Positions 62,737 to 64,000 of a DNA stretch of 64,000 nt are shown piece by piece. The notes below the pieces were generated by a model that saw nothing but the letters and a program-made list of their open reading frames with translations, ran no database searches and was not told the origin of the DNA. Source of the stretch: Anolis carolinensis (Eukaryota); contig NC_085844.1 in assembly GCF_035594765.1 (NCBI RefSeq), positions 182,420,107 to 182,484,106 on the forward strand, written 5' to 3'. How positions within the stretch are numbered: position 1 is the stretch's first letter; the number at the start of each line of letters is the position of its first letter. The translations under genes and the position numbers were made by a program.

Positions 62737-63376
62737 GTAAGAAGGGGGAAAAAGGACAAAATAACACACACAGGATGCATCCATATCAGGCCTGGGCAAA
62801 CTTGGCCCCTCCAGGTGTTTTGGACTTCAACTCACACAATTCCTAACAGCCTACTGGCATTTAGGAATTGTGGGAGTTGAAGTCCAAAACACCTGGAGGG
62901 GCCAAGTTTGCCCAGGCCTGATCTATATTCTGGAATTAATGCAGTTTAACACCACTTTAACCTTCATGGCTCTGCAATCCTGGGAGTTGTGTTTCAGCGA
63001 GGCCACAGCCCTTTTTGGCAGAGAGGGCTACAGATCTTGTGAAACTACAACTCCAACGGTTCCATACCATTGAGCCACGACAGAGTGAAAGCGGTGCCAA
63101 ACTGCATCCATTCTACAGTGTGGAACTGAACTGTCATAAGGCAACCTCTTTCTCGTCCTTTGAAATTCTTCTAAGGACATTGGGAGATCTTCTGGAGCAC
63201 TAGTTCTCAATCTGGAATCCCCAGATGTTTCTGGTCGTCAACTCCCAGAAATCCTAACAGCTGGTAAACTGGCTGGGATTTCTGGGATTTGTAGGCCAAA
63301 AACATCTGGGGACCCCAGGTTGAGAACCACTGCTCTGGAGAGTTTGTCAGGTGGATTCGGCCTTGGGTATTCCTCA

Positions 63377-63590
63377 CCACACCAGGCTGAAATACCCAAA
63401 ATTCACCAGATCCTGCCTGATCTTGGAAGCTAAGCAGAGTTACCGCTAGTTGGTACTTGGATGGGAGGCCGCCAAGAAGTACCAGGCTCTATTTCAGAGG
63501 ACAGAATTGGCAAAACTACTTTTGCGGGATTATTTGCTTAACAAAATCCTTTGAAAATCATGTTGTTGACAGGTGGCATGAAGGTAAAGA
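63377..63590 (+). mobile_element. 5S rRNA-derived SINE
   Basis: gatcctgcctgatcttggaagctaagcag...ttggtacttggatgggag is diverged 5S sequence followed by a non-5S body. Confidence 0.7.
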
Positions 63591-63594
63591 CAGT

Positions 63595-63957
63595 AAGTCA
63601 TTCCTCCATATTTCACAGGGCTCCCACAATCAGGGCCAGCTAACACCTCCCAACAAAGGATTCTGCCAGGCAGGAAGAAGCCAGACTTTGAAGCTGCAAG
63701 ACCATTCAATGTTAAGCTGGCCAATTGCACTACACACGTGTCTCAAGCAGACAAGGGTTCTTTCTCCCGCCCTGTACCTTCCACACATATATAAACCCCA
63801 TTTGCATAGTTTTCCAACAGACCTCACAACTTCTGAGAATGCCTGACATAGATGTGGGTGAAACGTCAGGAGGGAATGCTTCTGGAACATGGTCATACAG
63901 CCCAGAAAACTCACAGCAACCCAGTGATTCCAGCCATGAAAGCCTCCACCAACACAA
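63595..63957 (+). mobile_element. Penelope 3' end/pseudo-LTR fragment
   Basis: Same sequence family as 50291-50600; hammerhead-like motif with CTGAGAA core variant at 63833-63867. Confidence 0.85.
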
Positions 63958-64000
63958 TGCAAATAAATAAGTTGTTCTTTTTCTTTTTAACCTGAGAGAA

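Noticed and set aside
63377-63490. 5S rRNA gene
   Set aside because: Too diverged, and it continues into a SINE body.

Overview
Vertebrate genomic DNA, very likely an anole-type lizard (inferred from Sauria SINE, BovB, CR1, L2, Vingi, Dong/R4 and Penelope content). It carries the conserved LRRC41-UQCRH-NSUN4-FAAH block. I assembled exons by hand using GT-AG boundaries and reading-frame continuity. On the minus strand are complete UQCRH (4 exons, 90 aa), NSUN4 (6 exons, 399 aa) and an FAAH-family amidase (15 exons, 573 aa, Lys-Ser-Ser triad intact), plus exon 1 of a second FAAH/VDHAP-like paralog. LRRC41 exon 1 lies head-to-head with UQCRH on the plus strand. Introns and intergenic DNA are packed with transposable elements. 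The most interesting signal is RNA structure inside retroelements. An HDV-like ribozyme fold, with an unusual extra hairpin in L3 and covarying stems, is shared by a Vingi LINE 5' end and a SINE family. Headless copies start at or near the predicted cleavage site, while tRNA-headed copies have a damaged P1. Also present: minimal hammerhead motifs in Penelope repeats, a 116-bp-arm hairpin inside a full-length RTE, a solo LTR with an ORF in its U3, and two CR1 copies sharing a catalytic-motif deletion. Family names and reference residue numbers are from memory; no searches were run.
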